Shown here in pieces: positions 24,301 to 37,053 of a stretch of DNA of 64,000 nt. The stretch comes from Hypanus sabinus (Eukaryota), in assembly GCF_030144855.1 (NCBI RefSeq), contig NC_082722.1:19344001-19408000 (forward strand), read 5' to 3'. Below the pieces are notes generated by a model. The model saw only the letters and a list, made by a program, of their open reading frames with translations. It made no database searches and had not been told where the DNA came from. A program made the position numbers and the translations under genes. Positions within the stretch are counted from its first letter, which is position 1. Each line of letters starts with the position of its first letter.

Positions 24301-26910
24301 AAACCTTTCGGATTTGCTTTCACCTTATTTGCCAAACCAACCTCGTATCTTCTTTTAGCTTTTCTAATCTCTTTCTTAAGATTCCTTTTACATTCTTTAT
24401 ATTCCTCGAGCAATTCCTTTACTCCATGCTGCCTATATCTATTGTCGACATCCCTCTATTTACGAACCAAGTTTCTAATATACCTTGAAAACCATGGTGC
24501 CTTCAAACCTTTAACCTTTCCTTTCAACCTAACAGGAACATAAACATTCTGTACCCTCATAATTTCACCCTTAAATGACCTCCACTTCTCTATTACATCC
24601 TCCCCATAAAACAACTTGACCCAATCCACTCTCTCTAAATCCCTTCGCATCTCCTCAAAGTTAACCTTTCTCCAATCAAAAATCTCAACTCTTGCTCCTG
24701 TCCTGTCCTTCTCCATAATTATATTGAAGCTAATACTATTGTGATCACTGGACCTGAAGTGCTCCCCAACACATACATCTGTCAGCTGACCTATCGCATT
24801 CCCGAACAGGAGATCCAACACTGCCCCATCTTTAGTTGATACTTCCATGTATTGTTGCAAAAAACTATCCTGCACACATTTCACAAACTCTAAACCATCC
24901 AGCCCTTTTACAGAATGGGCTTCCCTATCTACGTGTGGAAAATTAAAATCTCCCACAACCACCACCTTGTGTTTACTACAAATATCTGCTATCTCCTTAC
25001 ACATCTGCTCTTCCAATTCACGCTCCCCATTAGGTGGCCTATGATACACTCCTATCAGTGTTACTACACCTTTCTCATTCCTCAATTCCACCCAAATAAC
25101 ACCCCTAGAGGAGCTTTCTAATCTATCCTTCCAAAGCATCGCCATAAGATTTTCTCGGGCAAGCAATGCAACACTTCCTCCTCTGGCCCATCCCACTCTA
25201 TCACACCTGAAGCAACTATATCCAGGAATATTTAGTTGCCAATCACACCCTTCCTGCAACCATGTTTCACTAATAGCTACAACATCATAATTCCAGGTAT
25301 CAATCCACGCTTTAAGCTCATCCACCTTTCTTACAATGCTCCTAGCATTAAAATAGATACATTTAAGATACTCTCCACCTCCTCCTCTCTTTTCATCCCT
25401 AACAATGCATTCAAATTTATTATCCTTTTATTTCTTCTCCCCTACATCTTCGGGCTGAGCGCATCCCTTCTCCATCACCTGCCTTTCCTCCCTCACACAC
25501 TGTCTACTTACTTGCTCTACTAGTGAACTAACCTCCTCTCCCATAGTTCCCTCAAATTGATTCCCGCCCCCCCCCCCATCTTACTAGTTTAAAGTCTGCC
25601 CTGTAGCCCTAGCAAACCTCTCCGCTAGGATATTGTTCCCCGCAGGATTCAAGTGTAACCCATCCTTCTTGAACAGGTCACTCCTGCCCCAGAAAAGGTT
25701 CCAATGATCCAGAAACTAGAATCCCTGCCCCCTGCTCCAATCCCTCAGCTACACATTCATCCTCCACCTAATTCCATTCCTATCTCACTGTCGCGTGGCA
25801 CAGGTAGTAATCCCGAGATTACTACCTTTGCGGTCATTCTTCTCAACTGCCTTCCTAACTCCCTATACTCTCGTTTCAGGCCCCTGCAAAAACAACATCC
25901 CTGCAAAAACAACTTCCCAATTCACACCCGCAAGTTCTAGCCTTATAGCCTCATAATTTGCCCTTGCCTAATTAAAAAAATCCTGACTTCTCTCATTCTA
26001 TCCCTTTCTATGGTAATGCTAAAGGCCAGGGAGCGGTGATCACTGTCCCCCAGATGCTCAACCACTGACAGATTAGTGACCTGACCCGGCTCGTTACCCA
26101 ATACTAGTATGGCATTCCCCCTAGTCGACCTGTCAACATACTGTGAAAGGAATCCATCCTGGACACACTTAACAGACTCTGCCCCATCTAAACCCTTGGA
26201 ACTAATCAAGTGCCAATCAATATTAGGGAAGTTAAATTCACCCACGACAACAACCCTGTTATTTTTGCACCTTTCCAAAATCTGCATCCCAATCTGCTCT
26301 TCAGTATCTCCGCTGCTACCTGGGGGCCTATAGAATACCCCCAGTAGAGTAACTGCTCCCTTCCTGTTCCCGACTTCCACCCATACTGACTCAAAAGAGT
26401 ATCCTGCTACATTACCCATCCTTTCTGCAGCTGTAATAGTATCCCTGACCAGTAATGCCACCCCTACTCCCCTTTTCCCCTTCTCTATCCATTTTAAAGC
26501 ACAGAAATCCAGGAATATTGAGAATCCATTCCTGCCTTGGTGTCAGCCAAGTCTCCGTAATGGCCATTACATCACCTTTGTTCCTAATGCATCTTGCATT
26601 GAAGTCCACACACTTTAGCCCTTCTACCTTACTACCTTTACGCCCTTTATTCTGCTGCTCTTTCCTTAAAGCCTCTCTAAATATTAGATCTGACTTTACT
26701 CCATGCACGTCTTTCACTGCTCTATCGCTCTGGGTTGCATCCCCCTTGCAAATTAGTTTAAACCCTCCCGAACCATGCTAACAAACCGAGCAGCAAGTAT
26801 ATTGCTGGACCTCGAGTTCAGGTGCAACCCATTCAACCTTTACATGTCCTACCTTCCCCAGAAGAGATCCCAATAGTCCAAAAATCTAAAACCAACTCCT
26901 CAGCCACACA
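21337..26910 (-). mobile_element. CR1 LINE (EN 25920-26460, RT 21340-22800) interrupted by a second CR1
   Basis: ORFs contain GVPQGSVLGP, NPKAFFNYVKNK and VWVEVGNRKGAVTLLGVFYRPP. The host sequence acatttcc|...|ctgcaaaaacaacttcccaattc resumes across the insert. Confidence 0.9.
22801..25900 (-). mobile_element. Nested CR1 LINE with EN domain, RT fragments and (ATATGGTT)-type 3' tail
   Basis: EN ORF 24456-25325 (NYDVVAISETWLQEG...VVVGDFNFP...SDH) and the tail ccatataaccatataac at about 22801-22817. Confidence 0.9.
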
Positions 26911-26964
26911 TCTTGTTCTATCCAATAGTTGTTCACGTCCTGCCCCTAGTACTTCAGTGTCTGC

Positions 26965-27075
26965 GTCCTGCATTCGGGTCCAGTCTCATGTCCTCTCGTG
27001 ACAGCCACAAGGAAGCACTTTATTCTGAGAGTCTCCAACTCTGAGCCAGGCATTCGATGCTTTAATCTGTTCAGA
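26965..27075 (+). pseudogene. Decayed 3' half of a TCR/Ig-like V domain
   Basis: With two or three small indel repairs it reads PAFGSSLMSSRD(T)ATRKHFILRVSNSEPG(D)SML*xC, matching the V D-E-F strand pattern SRDxxxxxFxLxxxNxEPxDSxxYYC. Confidence 0.45.
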
Positions 27076-28589
27076 CACTGGGAATGTCTTCCAAGGACGG
27101 TCATATTCTTCCATTGCTTAAGTTGTTTCTTCCAGAGTGATAATTGCTTCATTTATCTGTTTTGTGCTTTAATTTCATTTTAGTGGTATTTCCTTCTTAG
27201 CAGAATTGCAAGTGCTCACAGGGAGTGTTAAATCCTGTTTACATAGATGAAATAATATCCTTAGAATTTTTTCTGACTGTTGATACAAAGTTTAGTTATG
27301 TATGTTATTCTTCTTCCCGCTTCTGTCCTAAGTAGCATTAATCTAATTGCATTCGAAAGTGCATTGTGTTTTCTAAAATTTATAATTTTAATTTTTATTT
27401 TTCTTTGTAAATTTTCCTAATGGGCTTCGACCCAAGATATTACGCCAGAAGAATACATTAATGGGTATTATAATTAATATTATTCGTATTATATAATTAC
27501 CATAAGTGCCAACGCATGCGAGTAGCCAGATATCCTGCGCTGAGTAATCAGGGACTGTTTCTACTAACAATTCCCATTGCTATTGCAGTGCGACGCTGCT
27601 TTTCTACCGTCTACTCAATTTTATTTCCCGTAAGCATCCGATCTTTATGGAACATTCATTTAAATCGTTGCTTGTTCATTGCAGGGAAGCATGCATGAGT
27701 TTACTGTTGTTGGTACTGCTCTTCAAACCTAGTATCAGTTCATTATTCTCACCTATCTTTCATAAGTTAAATACTCTGTTTCAAATAGATCATTTACACG
27801 AGGATAGCTTATCTGGGTATTTTAACGTGCCAGATACATCTTTTAAGCAAACTCCCACTGATCTGAGGAACAGTAATTTTGGTATCCGCGATTTTAGGCT
27901 AAAATTTACAGCGGTAAGTATAGGACTCAAGAAAACGTAAACTAATAACTAACAAAGAATATTTAAAATTAAAGGTAAGTGTACAATACTTATTAAGATT
28001 GACGGGGTAATCCACATTAACTTTGACCAGTATTTTTTATATCAACAATTAGTCAGAGACGTAAATCATCTGAAGTTTAATTTAAGGGATATTATACTGG
28101 AAATATATTTTCACACCAGAGCAACAGTTTATAGAAGACTCATCAAGTTAGAAAATATGAAATCGAAAAACAATGTGCAGTGGAATAACATTGGACTTTC
28201 TTTCCGAGATTGGTAATTTTCCTGCTCATATTTTCTCTCGTATTGTTCGATAGGAAGTGTGGATTACACAGCTAATCTGTATCTGTTTTCAAAGTTTTTT
28301 TCTGTGCCCACCACCCTCCCCAGATATGTAGGATTCATTTATAAATATTAGGCAATTCGTTGGCGTAAAACATGCAACAACCTATTTTATTTTTGCACCA
28401 TTTTAAAGGTAGAAAAAAGCTTTACTGAGACAGGCAGCATTGTATAACTTTGTTCTCTATTTAATTTATTTGCTGGACGAGACAACATAGAAGAGATTGT
28501 TCCCGTCCAATTAGCAGCAGAGCCAGCAAACCACGTACTAAAATCCACTCTGGTCACAGGAGAATTTACAATGAAGGATTATCTTACTA

Positions 28590-28760
28590 ACCAGTTCGTC
28601 TTCAGACTGTCGGAAGAAACCGGAGCACCTGGAGGAGTCTCACGTGGTTCACGGGGAGAAAGTGCAAATTCCTTAAAAATTGCACCAGAATTGAACCCAC
28701 AACTACAGAATGCCCTGCAATGTGAGAGTATCGCGCTAACCGTTATGCTACCGTGGCCTT
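28590..28760 (-). mobile_element. tRNA-derived V-SINE (HE1-like)
   Basis: The minus strand reads ggccacggtagcataacggttagcgc (A-box-like)...gggttcaattc (B-box-like)...ctccccgtg...ggtgctccggtttcttccgacagtc (V-domain-like core). Confidence 0.75.
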
Positions 28761-29199
28761 TTTTAACATAATTTCATTTCAGTTATATTTGCACGTGATT
28801 TGTGACTTAGAACCTGGCGGGTGGTAGTCACCGGATTTTCCCTCTGCTGCAATTTATGGAATTTCATTAGGATGTTTTATAGAGATTGATCATAAATTGC
28901 ATACTGCATAAGCCAGTCTGCCTCTCAAACTGAATTAAACTGTGATTTAACATTGGAGAAATTACAAACGGAATGCACCATATCCTTCTGCTTGAGAAAT
29001 ACTGTTAATGATTGGCGGCAATAAATTTAAAAGATTTGTTCACATCGATGATAATATCATCCCTATTCTTTCTATTTGCTACCCATTTAATTAGTGATTA
29101 TGATGCATTACCTAAAATTTTAAATTACCAAGGTAACCTGTTGGATGTAAGCTCACGGCTGCCGCTTATAAGGTGTTGGTCAGGCCACATTTGTAATAT

Positions 29200-30210
29200 T
29201 GTGAGTTACCTTGTTTGGTATGGAAGGAAAGATGTCCTGGACCTGGAAAGAGTCCGCAGCAGCTTCACGAAAATGTTCCCAAAAATAAAAGGATTAACAG
29301 CGTGGGGCGTTGTGTATCACTGTGCCTGTAGTAGATGGAGTTCATCAGATCATAAAACCACAATACATAGGAGCTGAATTAGGCCATTTGGCCCATTGAG
29401 CCTGCTCTGTCATTTCATCACCCAATTTTCCTCTGAGTTCAAAATTCTGCCTCCTCCCCGTAACCCTACCTGACCAGACCAACAAAGAAATCCATCAACC
29501 TTTACATGAAATATACATAAAAACGTTGCATTCATAGCCACCTTTGATCAATATTTACCCAGATTAACCACTCTCAGTCTGAATACATTTGTCTCATCTC
29601 AATTCTAAAAGAACGCTCCTCTATTTTCAGGCTGTGTCCTCTCGTTGCAGACTTTCCCTTCATAGGAGACATCCTGTCCATATTCGCTCTATCAAAACCC
29701 TTCACTATCTGAGAGCTGTCAATAAAGTTACCCCTCATTCTTCTGAATTCTAGATAATTTAGGGCCAGAGCCATCAAACTCTCTTCATACGAAGGGAGAG
29801 GTGGGGTGAGTGGAAGGGACGGGGGCGATGGCATGAGTGACCTCAGTGAAACATACGATATGCTGAGAAGCCAATGGAGAGTAGACGTGGAGTGGTATTT
29901 CCATTTTGTAGCAGAGCCGAGGATCAATGGTTACACATGTGCATTGAAGGGATATTTCCTGGAATTAACACGTTTTTGTTTTCCGTATGAAGGTGCTGAA
30001 TCTGTAGAATTCGCTGCCAGAGAAGGCTGCGGGGGGCAAGGTTTTGGACGTATTTAAGGCAGAGATTGAAATGTTCTTGACTGTTACAGCATTTAAAGGT
30101 TACGAGTAGAAGATGGGAGGATGCGATTGAAAAATAAGAAACTGTATTCAACGGCCGAGCAGAATGGCTGAGCAAATTTTCCAAATTCTGCTCCTGTTCT
30201 CTTATGGTCA
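29200..30210. mobile_element. Decayed CR1 3' fragments in both orientations
   Basis: RKDVLDLERVRSSFTKMFP and LEFRRMRGNFI...KGKSATRGHSLKI motifs. Confidence 0.8.
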
Positions 30211-32043
30211 CTGCAGAACTCTTGAAGTGTTATTAAACTAATTAAACTTTCTCATGAAAAGTCTCAGAAGGGATTATAGTGATACGTAAAAATTTTGTTG
30301 GATCAATAGACAAGGACCAGAGTTTTGTTTTTCATTTGCAAATTCCTCAAAATGGAATGTAATCAAGATGAATCACTTATTTTTTCTTTCGTATTCCAAA
30401 ATTGCTGTCCCTGAAGGCAGTTAAACTAATCAAACTCAAAAGCATTCATATATAGCAACAAATGAAGTCTACTTATCAATTAATTTACTATTTATTTATT
30501 TTATTTTTAATTGTATTATATTCCAGATTAGTTATCTTTCAACATTTTTCTGTAGTTTTCACTGACTCTATTTTATTTCTTAGTTCTATCTGATTGCCTG
30601 CAAGAAAATGAATCTCAAGTTTGTATATGCTGATATACACATATACTTTCAAAATAAAGTTACTTCCAACTTCAACTTTTGAGCTTCAAATTTTTCAACC
30701 AGTCATACAACAGGAAGAGATAAATATATATAGTATATTTGTGCTTGTAATGGGCTCGCCCGACCTTTGCGTGGCTCCGGAAAGCATTGGGCTACAAGGT
30801 TTTTAGAGAGCCTAAAGTGGTTAATTATGGCTTAACGAGATTCGTTATTTGTTGATATTGCCTTGTACGTTTATTTTGAATAGCTCGGGGTTTCCTTGTG
30901 ACGTGGATCTATCTCAAGGCATTCAGATATACCAGCTGCCATCCACATTAGGCTATCGAAATGTCATATCATTCTTGATGAGGTTAAATTTTCTGTCGTC
31001 GAGCACCATTATTCCACAGCTTCTCTTTTTATGCGTGATAGAGAGCATTTTATCATTTACTTCCTTGTATGTTCGTTCTGCAAAAATTATCAACTTGCCT
31101 AAAATTGCCAATTCACCATGAGCACACATGAGTTTTAGCATAATCGTACGATGATCTACAGGAACAAAGGATTAACTATGCAATTCGCACACACGTATAC
31201 ATACATACATAAATAAATCAACAAGAATAGGATGTCTTCTGATCCTGACTGCAAAAATTCCAAGGTGATAAATGACACCAATTTCAATTTAATGAGTTTA
31301 AATGAAATTTACGAACGAAAGGAATCACATTAAGAAACATTTATTTCCACGATCTCTGTTTATTAAGGTGAAACGATGATGTCAGCATTTGTGCTAACAA
31401 GAATAGTGCAGACTAACGGAGAGTCATCCATACAATAAAAGAACTGAAACAGAGTTTGAACAAATAAAGTTGCGACCAGGCCATACAGAATGAGATTTTA
31501 AAGGATGCAATCAAGCACTAGACGAAAAATTACAAACGGGGCGTTTCAAGAAGATGTGGTGAGGAAAATGTAGCCAAAGAAAAGCATCTCATGAATGGTG
31601 TACTGTAGGTAGCTGAAACATGCTGTGCGGTAAAGAGTTGAACATGAAAACATTAAATACATAGGAAAAACACATTGAAAAAGGAGGAATGGACACTTTG
31701 TACTGGATACAGCTACAAGAATTAGAGTAGTTGAACTTTTACGATATTTTGCTGGATTGTGATTGATTTTCTTGCCTGTTATTAATCCCCCTTGATTGGA
31801 TGCTTGTTCAAAATAGGCTTATCTCAGAATTGTAATGTTTTCTGATTTGTCATGGTCTATAATAGGGCATTACCTCCAAGTAATACAATGTCACTCTATA
31901 TGCATTCCTCTTTGTCTGAATATAGGAATAGTTCGAGGCAGAGTAAATACATTTTCAAAACGTGCTGTAGATTTACATCTTAATATCTTACGTACTTTGG
32001 AGGTAACATTTTGTTAATTTTCCTCAAGTGACCTCAGACTCAC

Positions 32044-32079
32044 CCGATCCAATGCTTTTTGGGACGATAGACCGCTCCC
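32044..32079 (-). pseudogene. Candidate cytoplasmic exon of gene 2 (GERSIVPKSIGS)
   Basis: Strong acceptor tactttcattcacag| and donor G|gtgagt bound a 36-bp phase 1-1 exon. It starts GG-G like the gene-1 cytoplasmic exon. Confidence 0.4.
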
Positions 32080-32272
32080 CTGTGAATGAAAGTACAGAAT
32101 CTCAAAGTTCAAAAAAATATATTATCGAAGTACATTTATGGTACTCTTTCCAACGTGGGATTCATTGTTTGGCGGGCAAACTCAATAAATCCATAGATAA
32201 TAAAATTAGCATGATCAATGAAAGAATGTAGCAAAGTGGACGTATAACCAAATTGAAAAGGACAACAAACTG

Positions 32273-32490
32273 NNNNNNNNNNNNNNNNNNNNNNNNNNNN
32301 NNNNNNNNNNNNNNNNNNNNNNNNNNNNNNNNNNNNNNNNNNNNNNNNNNNNNNNNNNNNNNNNNNNNNNNNNNNNNNNNNNNNNNNNNNNNNNNNNNNN
32401 NNNNNNNNNNNNNNNNNNNNNNNNNNNNNNNNNNNNNNNNNNNNNNNNNNNNNNNNNNNNNNNNNNNNNNNNNNNNNNNNNNNNNNNNNA
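32273..32490. other. Assembly gap (218 N)
   Basis: Run of n. Confidence 1.
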
Positions 32491-33560
32491 ACGAGGGAGC
32501 AGTTGACACCCTTATTGGACACGAGGGACGCCTGAAGCTGAAAAGTACTATACATCGTGCATCCAATGTATTCGGAGGAAGACGCTGTCTACTAGAGTTG
32601 TCTATCAGACGCTGCCACCATCCTATTCACAATGAACTGGGACACTTGACAGTGTATATTGGATTTCTCTCCATCGAGCTTGATTCCAGTAATACAGCGA
32701 TTATCTTGTTCATCAAGGACTAATACACCTGATAACCTGAAGCCTTGTCCAATAAGGATCAGAGAGTATCCACAGTTTCCAAAATGTTATGCGATAATTA
32801 TATTATTCGTTATGATCACGGAAGTTATCAGGGAGGGGATTTTGAGAGCCGTGTCATATGCGAGTTACTCTGTATGCTTGGAGTTCGGAGGTCAAAAGGT
32901 ACTCTCAAGGTGATCCTCAGTATGGAAAATTCAACAGGACATTGATAAACATGCTTGGGACCATTGATGCCAACAAAAAGGGAAAATATTGGACATCAAC
33001 ATATTAGACATCTGGTGCATTGCTATAGCCGCACACAGAATGAAATCACTGCGTACTGGCCATACTATTTGATGTTCGGGCATGAAGCGAGGTCACCTGT
33101 AGACGGTTGGTTTGGAACCGTCAGGGAGGACTTGCCGCACAAAATGTATCTCAAGTATGCGTCTGACGTGAGGAAAGAAATGTAAAAAGCCTATGCGATA
33201 GTAGCAGTTTCTGCTACCGATCAAAAGCAGGGAAAGTAGAAGAGATATGGTCAAAGGATCTTGTCCTCGGTTGACGGCTGGAGAATGAGTTCTAATAATA
33301 AGTCTGGGACTACAAGGGAAGCCTATGTTTGCCAACTGCTGAGTTTCTATGCCGTATGTATTGGAGAGCCAGATGTCAAATTTGCCAGGTTGCGAATGGT
33401 CATGTCAATATTCTCTATTAGAAAAATCTTTTACCTCAAGGGCAGGAAGAACATGTTAGCCCAGCGTCTGACATGGAGCCTATGCTTCTTTGAAATCTCT
33501 CCGCAGCAGGAGAACAGAAAGACAACAAACGGTCAATAGTGTGATTACAGTCGAAATTCA
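32491..33560 (+). mobile_element. Decayed Gypsy LTR-retrotransposon integrase
   Basis: Frameshifted rve-like pieces: FLSIELD...ILFIKD, YQGGDFESRVICELLCMLGVRRS, FNRTLINMLGT and HLVHCYS...PYYLMFGHEARSPVD. Confidence 0.8.
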
Positions 33561-33647
33561 TTAGAATGTTGTGATACTAATAATGGATTGATAACTTCTT
33601 AATGTTTATAACATCATGAGCTCATGACTATTTTTGGTCGGGGAGAA

Positions 33648-34290
33648 TGTAATGCCCTGGTTAAGAACATGTTCTATTGTATTCCTACCTCTATGTTAAT
33701 AGGTATCTTAATTTTAGGCACATTTTCTGCAAGACGCAGTGCGCTCCGTTAGTTAAGTGTTTTAGACAGTATTTTGGTTTCTGCTTAGATAAGGAGCTGT
33801 ATGCACATCTTAGGAACGTTGTGTCAGCCAATCAGGGTTGTCCTATTAACATTCTAACCAGTGGGATGCTATAGAACATTCCAGAGAACTGGACGGGATC
33901 AGATACCTTTGACGCACAATGGTTTGATTTTCTGTTTCGTTTGCAGGTGTTGGAAGAGGAAGGAGGTGTAGAGCACAACCGAAGACGCCAGCAGAATCCT
34001 GCCCGAAGAGGAGACCCTGTTGTAAGATGTGATTTGTGCAGACCAATGGGTTCAAGGAGGAAATGTAAATATTTCTGAGTTAGACAGTTCATAAATAGCG
34101 ATCTTCGAGGGAAGTCTGAACAGTAGCTGCGGACATGGGTTCATCGCCCTGAGTACTTATAGTAAAGCATTCGACTATCCAGAAATTAGCTTCAACGTAG
34201 ATATGCAGACTTTGACTGGTTTAACTGTGATGCTCCTTTTTTTTATTGACTGTTTGTTAACCCAGGCAACCGATTCATATTCTATACCTT
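33648..34290 (+). mobile_element. Probable 3' LTR of the Gypsy element
   Basis: A polypurine tract ggggagaa sits immediately before TGTAATGCCC, downstream of the integrase. The right boundary is approximate. Confidence 0.6.
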
Positions 34291-34299
34291 CACAGTCGT

Positions 34300-34770
34300 G
34301 TCCGGGTCAATTTTGTCCCGGCCCAAGAATCCCCTCATAGGAAGTGTGTGTATCAAATTTTGAAGCAAAGATATTTATAGAATGTATAAATAGCCTATCT
34401 GACATTGATAAATGGGTGATTAATCCTTAATTAATATTTCGCAGATGTAAAATCCATTTCAATAGATACGGGTCAAATTTGAACCGGAACAGCCTCAGTG
34501 GACATTAATTCTTAATTAATGTTTCAGAGATCTATAATCCATTTCAATAGAAACTGGTCAAATTTGACCCGGAACACCCACAATGTACAAAAATTTGCAG
34601 CACTTGTACAAAAGTATGACATTTTCAATATTTTAATTATTTCGCATATTGGATCACTTTAGAAAACGTCACCAAATTTCGGCTAAAATGGAATTTAGGG
34701 TGTTTTCTCTGCTGTCAAATGTCAAAACGGGTCAAATTTGTCCCGAACAGTATGTAACGGTTCAAGTTGA
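34300..34770. mobile_element. DNA-transposon remnant (piggyBac-like) with four copies of an 18-bp palindrome
   Basis: CGGGTCAAATTTGACCCG variants at 34303, 34469, 34554 and 34728, an ~85-bp internal tandem duplication, and a right end resembling a degenerate GGGTTAA terminus. Confidence 0.55.
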
Positions 34771-35139
34771 AATATCTGTCAATATACTAACAATATAATT
34801 TTAAGCCGATGTAAGGTCTGTTATTTCCTGGTAAACGATAACTGTGCATGAGGCATTAATGATACAACATTTGCTACATTTTTTGCCTCCTGAGTGGAAC
34901 AATTCAGCTTTCCATTTTAGTTGAACTCGGATTATACCGACTCTAGACGTGTTTTGATTATTGAATGTGTCCCTCTCACCGTTACCCATGCAAAACTGGG
35001 TCGTTAGCCAGGTTCAGTTAACAAACCTCGCATCAGTTAGAGTGTAACACCAGAAATAACATTTCACAAAATTTCCGCAATCGGGCGTTAGTCAAATTGT
35101 AAAGATAGGAAAATGTTGTGCTTCCAGAAACAAAGGAAC

Positions 35140-35440
35140 CAAGCAACGCAATACCCGAGAGCAATTTTTATTTCCGAAAAAATGTCGCTGAATTTTCACT
35201 TGACGGCAATACACTCCACAGTCTGCTACACTAGCATTTAGGAGGGTAAATGTGCCCTTGCTACTCTTTACACTGAACTACTATTTTCTGCTGACTGATT
35301 CTAAAACTGTCGCCCTCCAAACGAAACTTCAGCAACATTATGTAGAATTGGAAATCTGCAGAATATGGATTCAGTGTTGCCGATTAAGAAGTTTAAGATC
35401 AGAAGGATTGTTCCATTTTGGCGGAAGTTGCTTTTACGGT
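35140..35440 (-). pseudogene. Receptor gene 2, decayed VJ exon
   Basis: Fragments ESIFCRFPILHNVAEVS and FSVKSSKGTFTLLNASVADCGVYCRQVKIQ align to copies 1 and 3. It has frameshifts and stops, and the acceptor is mutated (tttgtcaa|CC). Confidence 0.88.
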
Positions 35441-35489
35441 TGACAAAGCATAAATGAGAATGATGAGAACAGTTGAATACACCGGACAA

Positions 35490-36920
35490 AAAATCTGCAG
35501 GGGCCCGAGCAGATATACTTAAATTGTCCGTATCTACGTGTGAGATGCCAGAGGATTGGAGGATAGCTTATGTTGTTCTGCTGTTTAAAAAAATACTCTG
35601 AACTTAGTCCGGATAATTATATGCTGGTACGTTTGACGTCGGTAGTAGGTAAATTATTGGAAGGAGTACTAAGAAATAGGATCTACAAGTATTTAGATAG
35701 ACAGGGATCTATTCGGGAGAGTCAACATGGCTTTGTGCCTAGTAGGTCATGTTTAAAAAATCTTTTAGTGTTTTTCGAGGAGGTTACAAGGAATGTGGAT
35801 GAAGGCAAGGCTGCGGATGTTCTCTACATGGGCTTCAGTAAGGCCTTTGACAAAGTCCCGCATGGGAGGTTAATTAGGAAGATTCAGTCGCTAGGTATAA
35901 ATTCTGAGGTAGTAAATTGGATTAGACATTGGCTCAATGGAAGAAGCCAGAGAGTGGTGGTGGAGGATTGTTTCTCTGAGTACAGGGCTCTGACTAGTGG
36001 TGTGCCACAGGGATCAGTGTTGGGTCCATTGTTATTTGCCATCTATGTCAATGATCTGGTTGATTATGTGTTAATTGGATCAGCAAATTTGCTAATGATG
36101 CAAAGATTGGAGGTGTAGTGGACAGTGAGGAAGGTTCTCAAAGCTTGCAAAGGGATTTGCACCATCTGGAAAAACGGGCTGAAAAATGGCAGATGGAGTT
36201 TCACACTGACAAGTGTGAGGTAAACGGTAGGGCACTGAGGAGGGCAGTAGAATAGGGGCATCTGGGAATACAGATGAAAAAGTCCCTAAATATTGCGTCA
36301 TAGGTAGATAGGATAGTAAAGAGAGCTTTTGGTACATTGGCCTTTATAAAACAAACTATTGAGTATAAGAGTTGGAATGTTATAGTGCGGTTGTAAAATG
36401 CATTGATGAGGCCGAATTTGGAGTATTATGTGTAGTTTTGGTCTCCGAATTACAGGAAGGATATTAATGAGGTTGAAAGAGTGTAGAGAAGATCTACAAG
36501 GATGTTGTCGGGACCTGAGAAACTGAGTTACAGAGAAAGGTTGAATAGGTTAGGACGTTATTCACTGGAACGTGAAGCATGAGGGCAGACTTGATAGATG
36601 TATATACAATTATGATGGGTATTGATGAGTGAATGCCAGCAGGATTTTTCCACTGATGTTATGGGTGAAAAAAAAATCCCGAGGACATGGAGTAAGTGTG
36701 AAGGCGGTAAAGTTTAAAGGGAACATTGTGGGGTGGAGGGCTTCGAAACACTTTTATCATTTAAGAAATACTTGGACAGGTACGTGGATGAGAGTTGTAT
36801 GGAGCGATATGGTCCAGGTGCAGGTCAGTGGGACTAGGCGGAAATATGGTTCGGCACAGCCAAGAAAGGCAAAAAGACCTGTTTCTGTGCTGCAATTATC
36901 TATGGTTCTATGTTTCTAAG
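35490..36920 (+). mobile_element. 5'-truncated CR1 in the leader-V intron of gene 2
   Basis: RT ORF 35570-36118 (SKAFDKVPHGRLI...GVPQGSVLGPLLF) and a 3' tail ctatggttctatg. Confidence 0.9.
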
Positions 36921-37053
36921 TGGGAAGAAGAATGAAGAAATGACAATATGAGAATTGGATATGTGCTACGTCCTAAGTTGCACAGTGCAAGCAATGTATA
37001 TTATTATAGCATCGGGTTAGCTCCAAAAACTTGGCATAATAATTATGTGTTTA

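Noticed and set aside
32136-32723. ORFs of 134-156 aa
   Set aside because: Artefacts of translating through the N gap.
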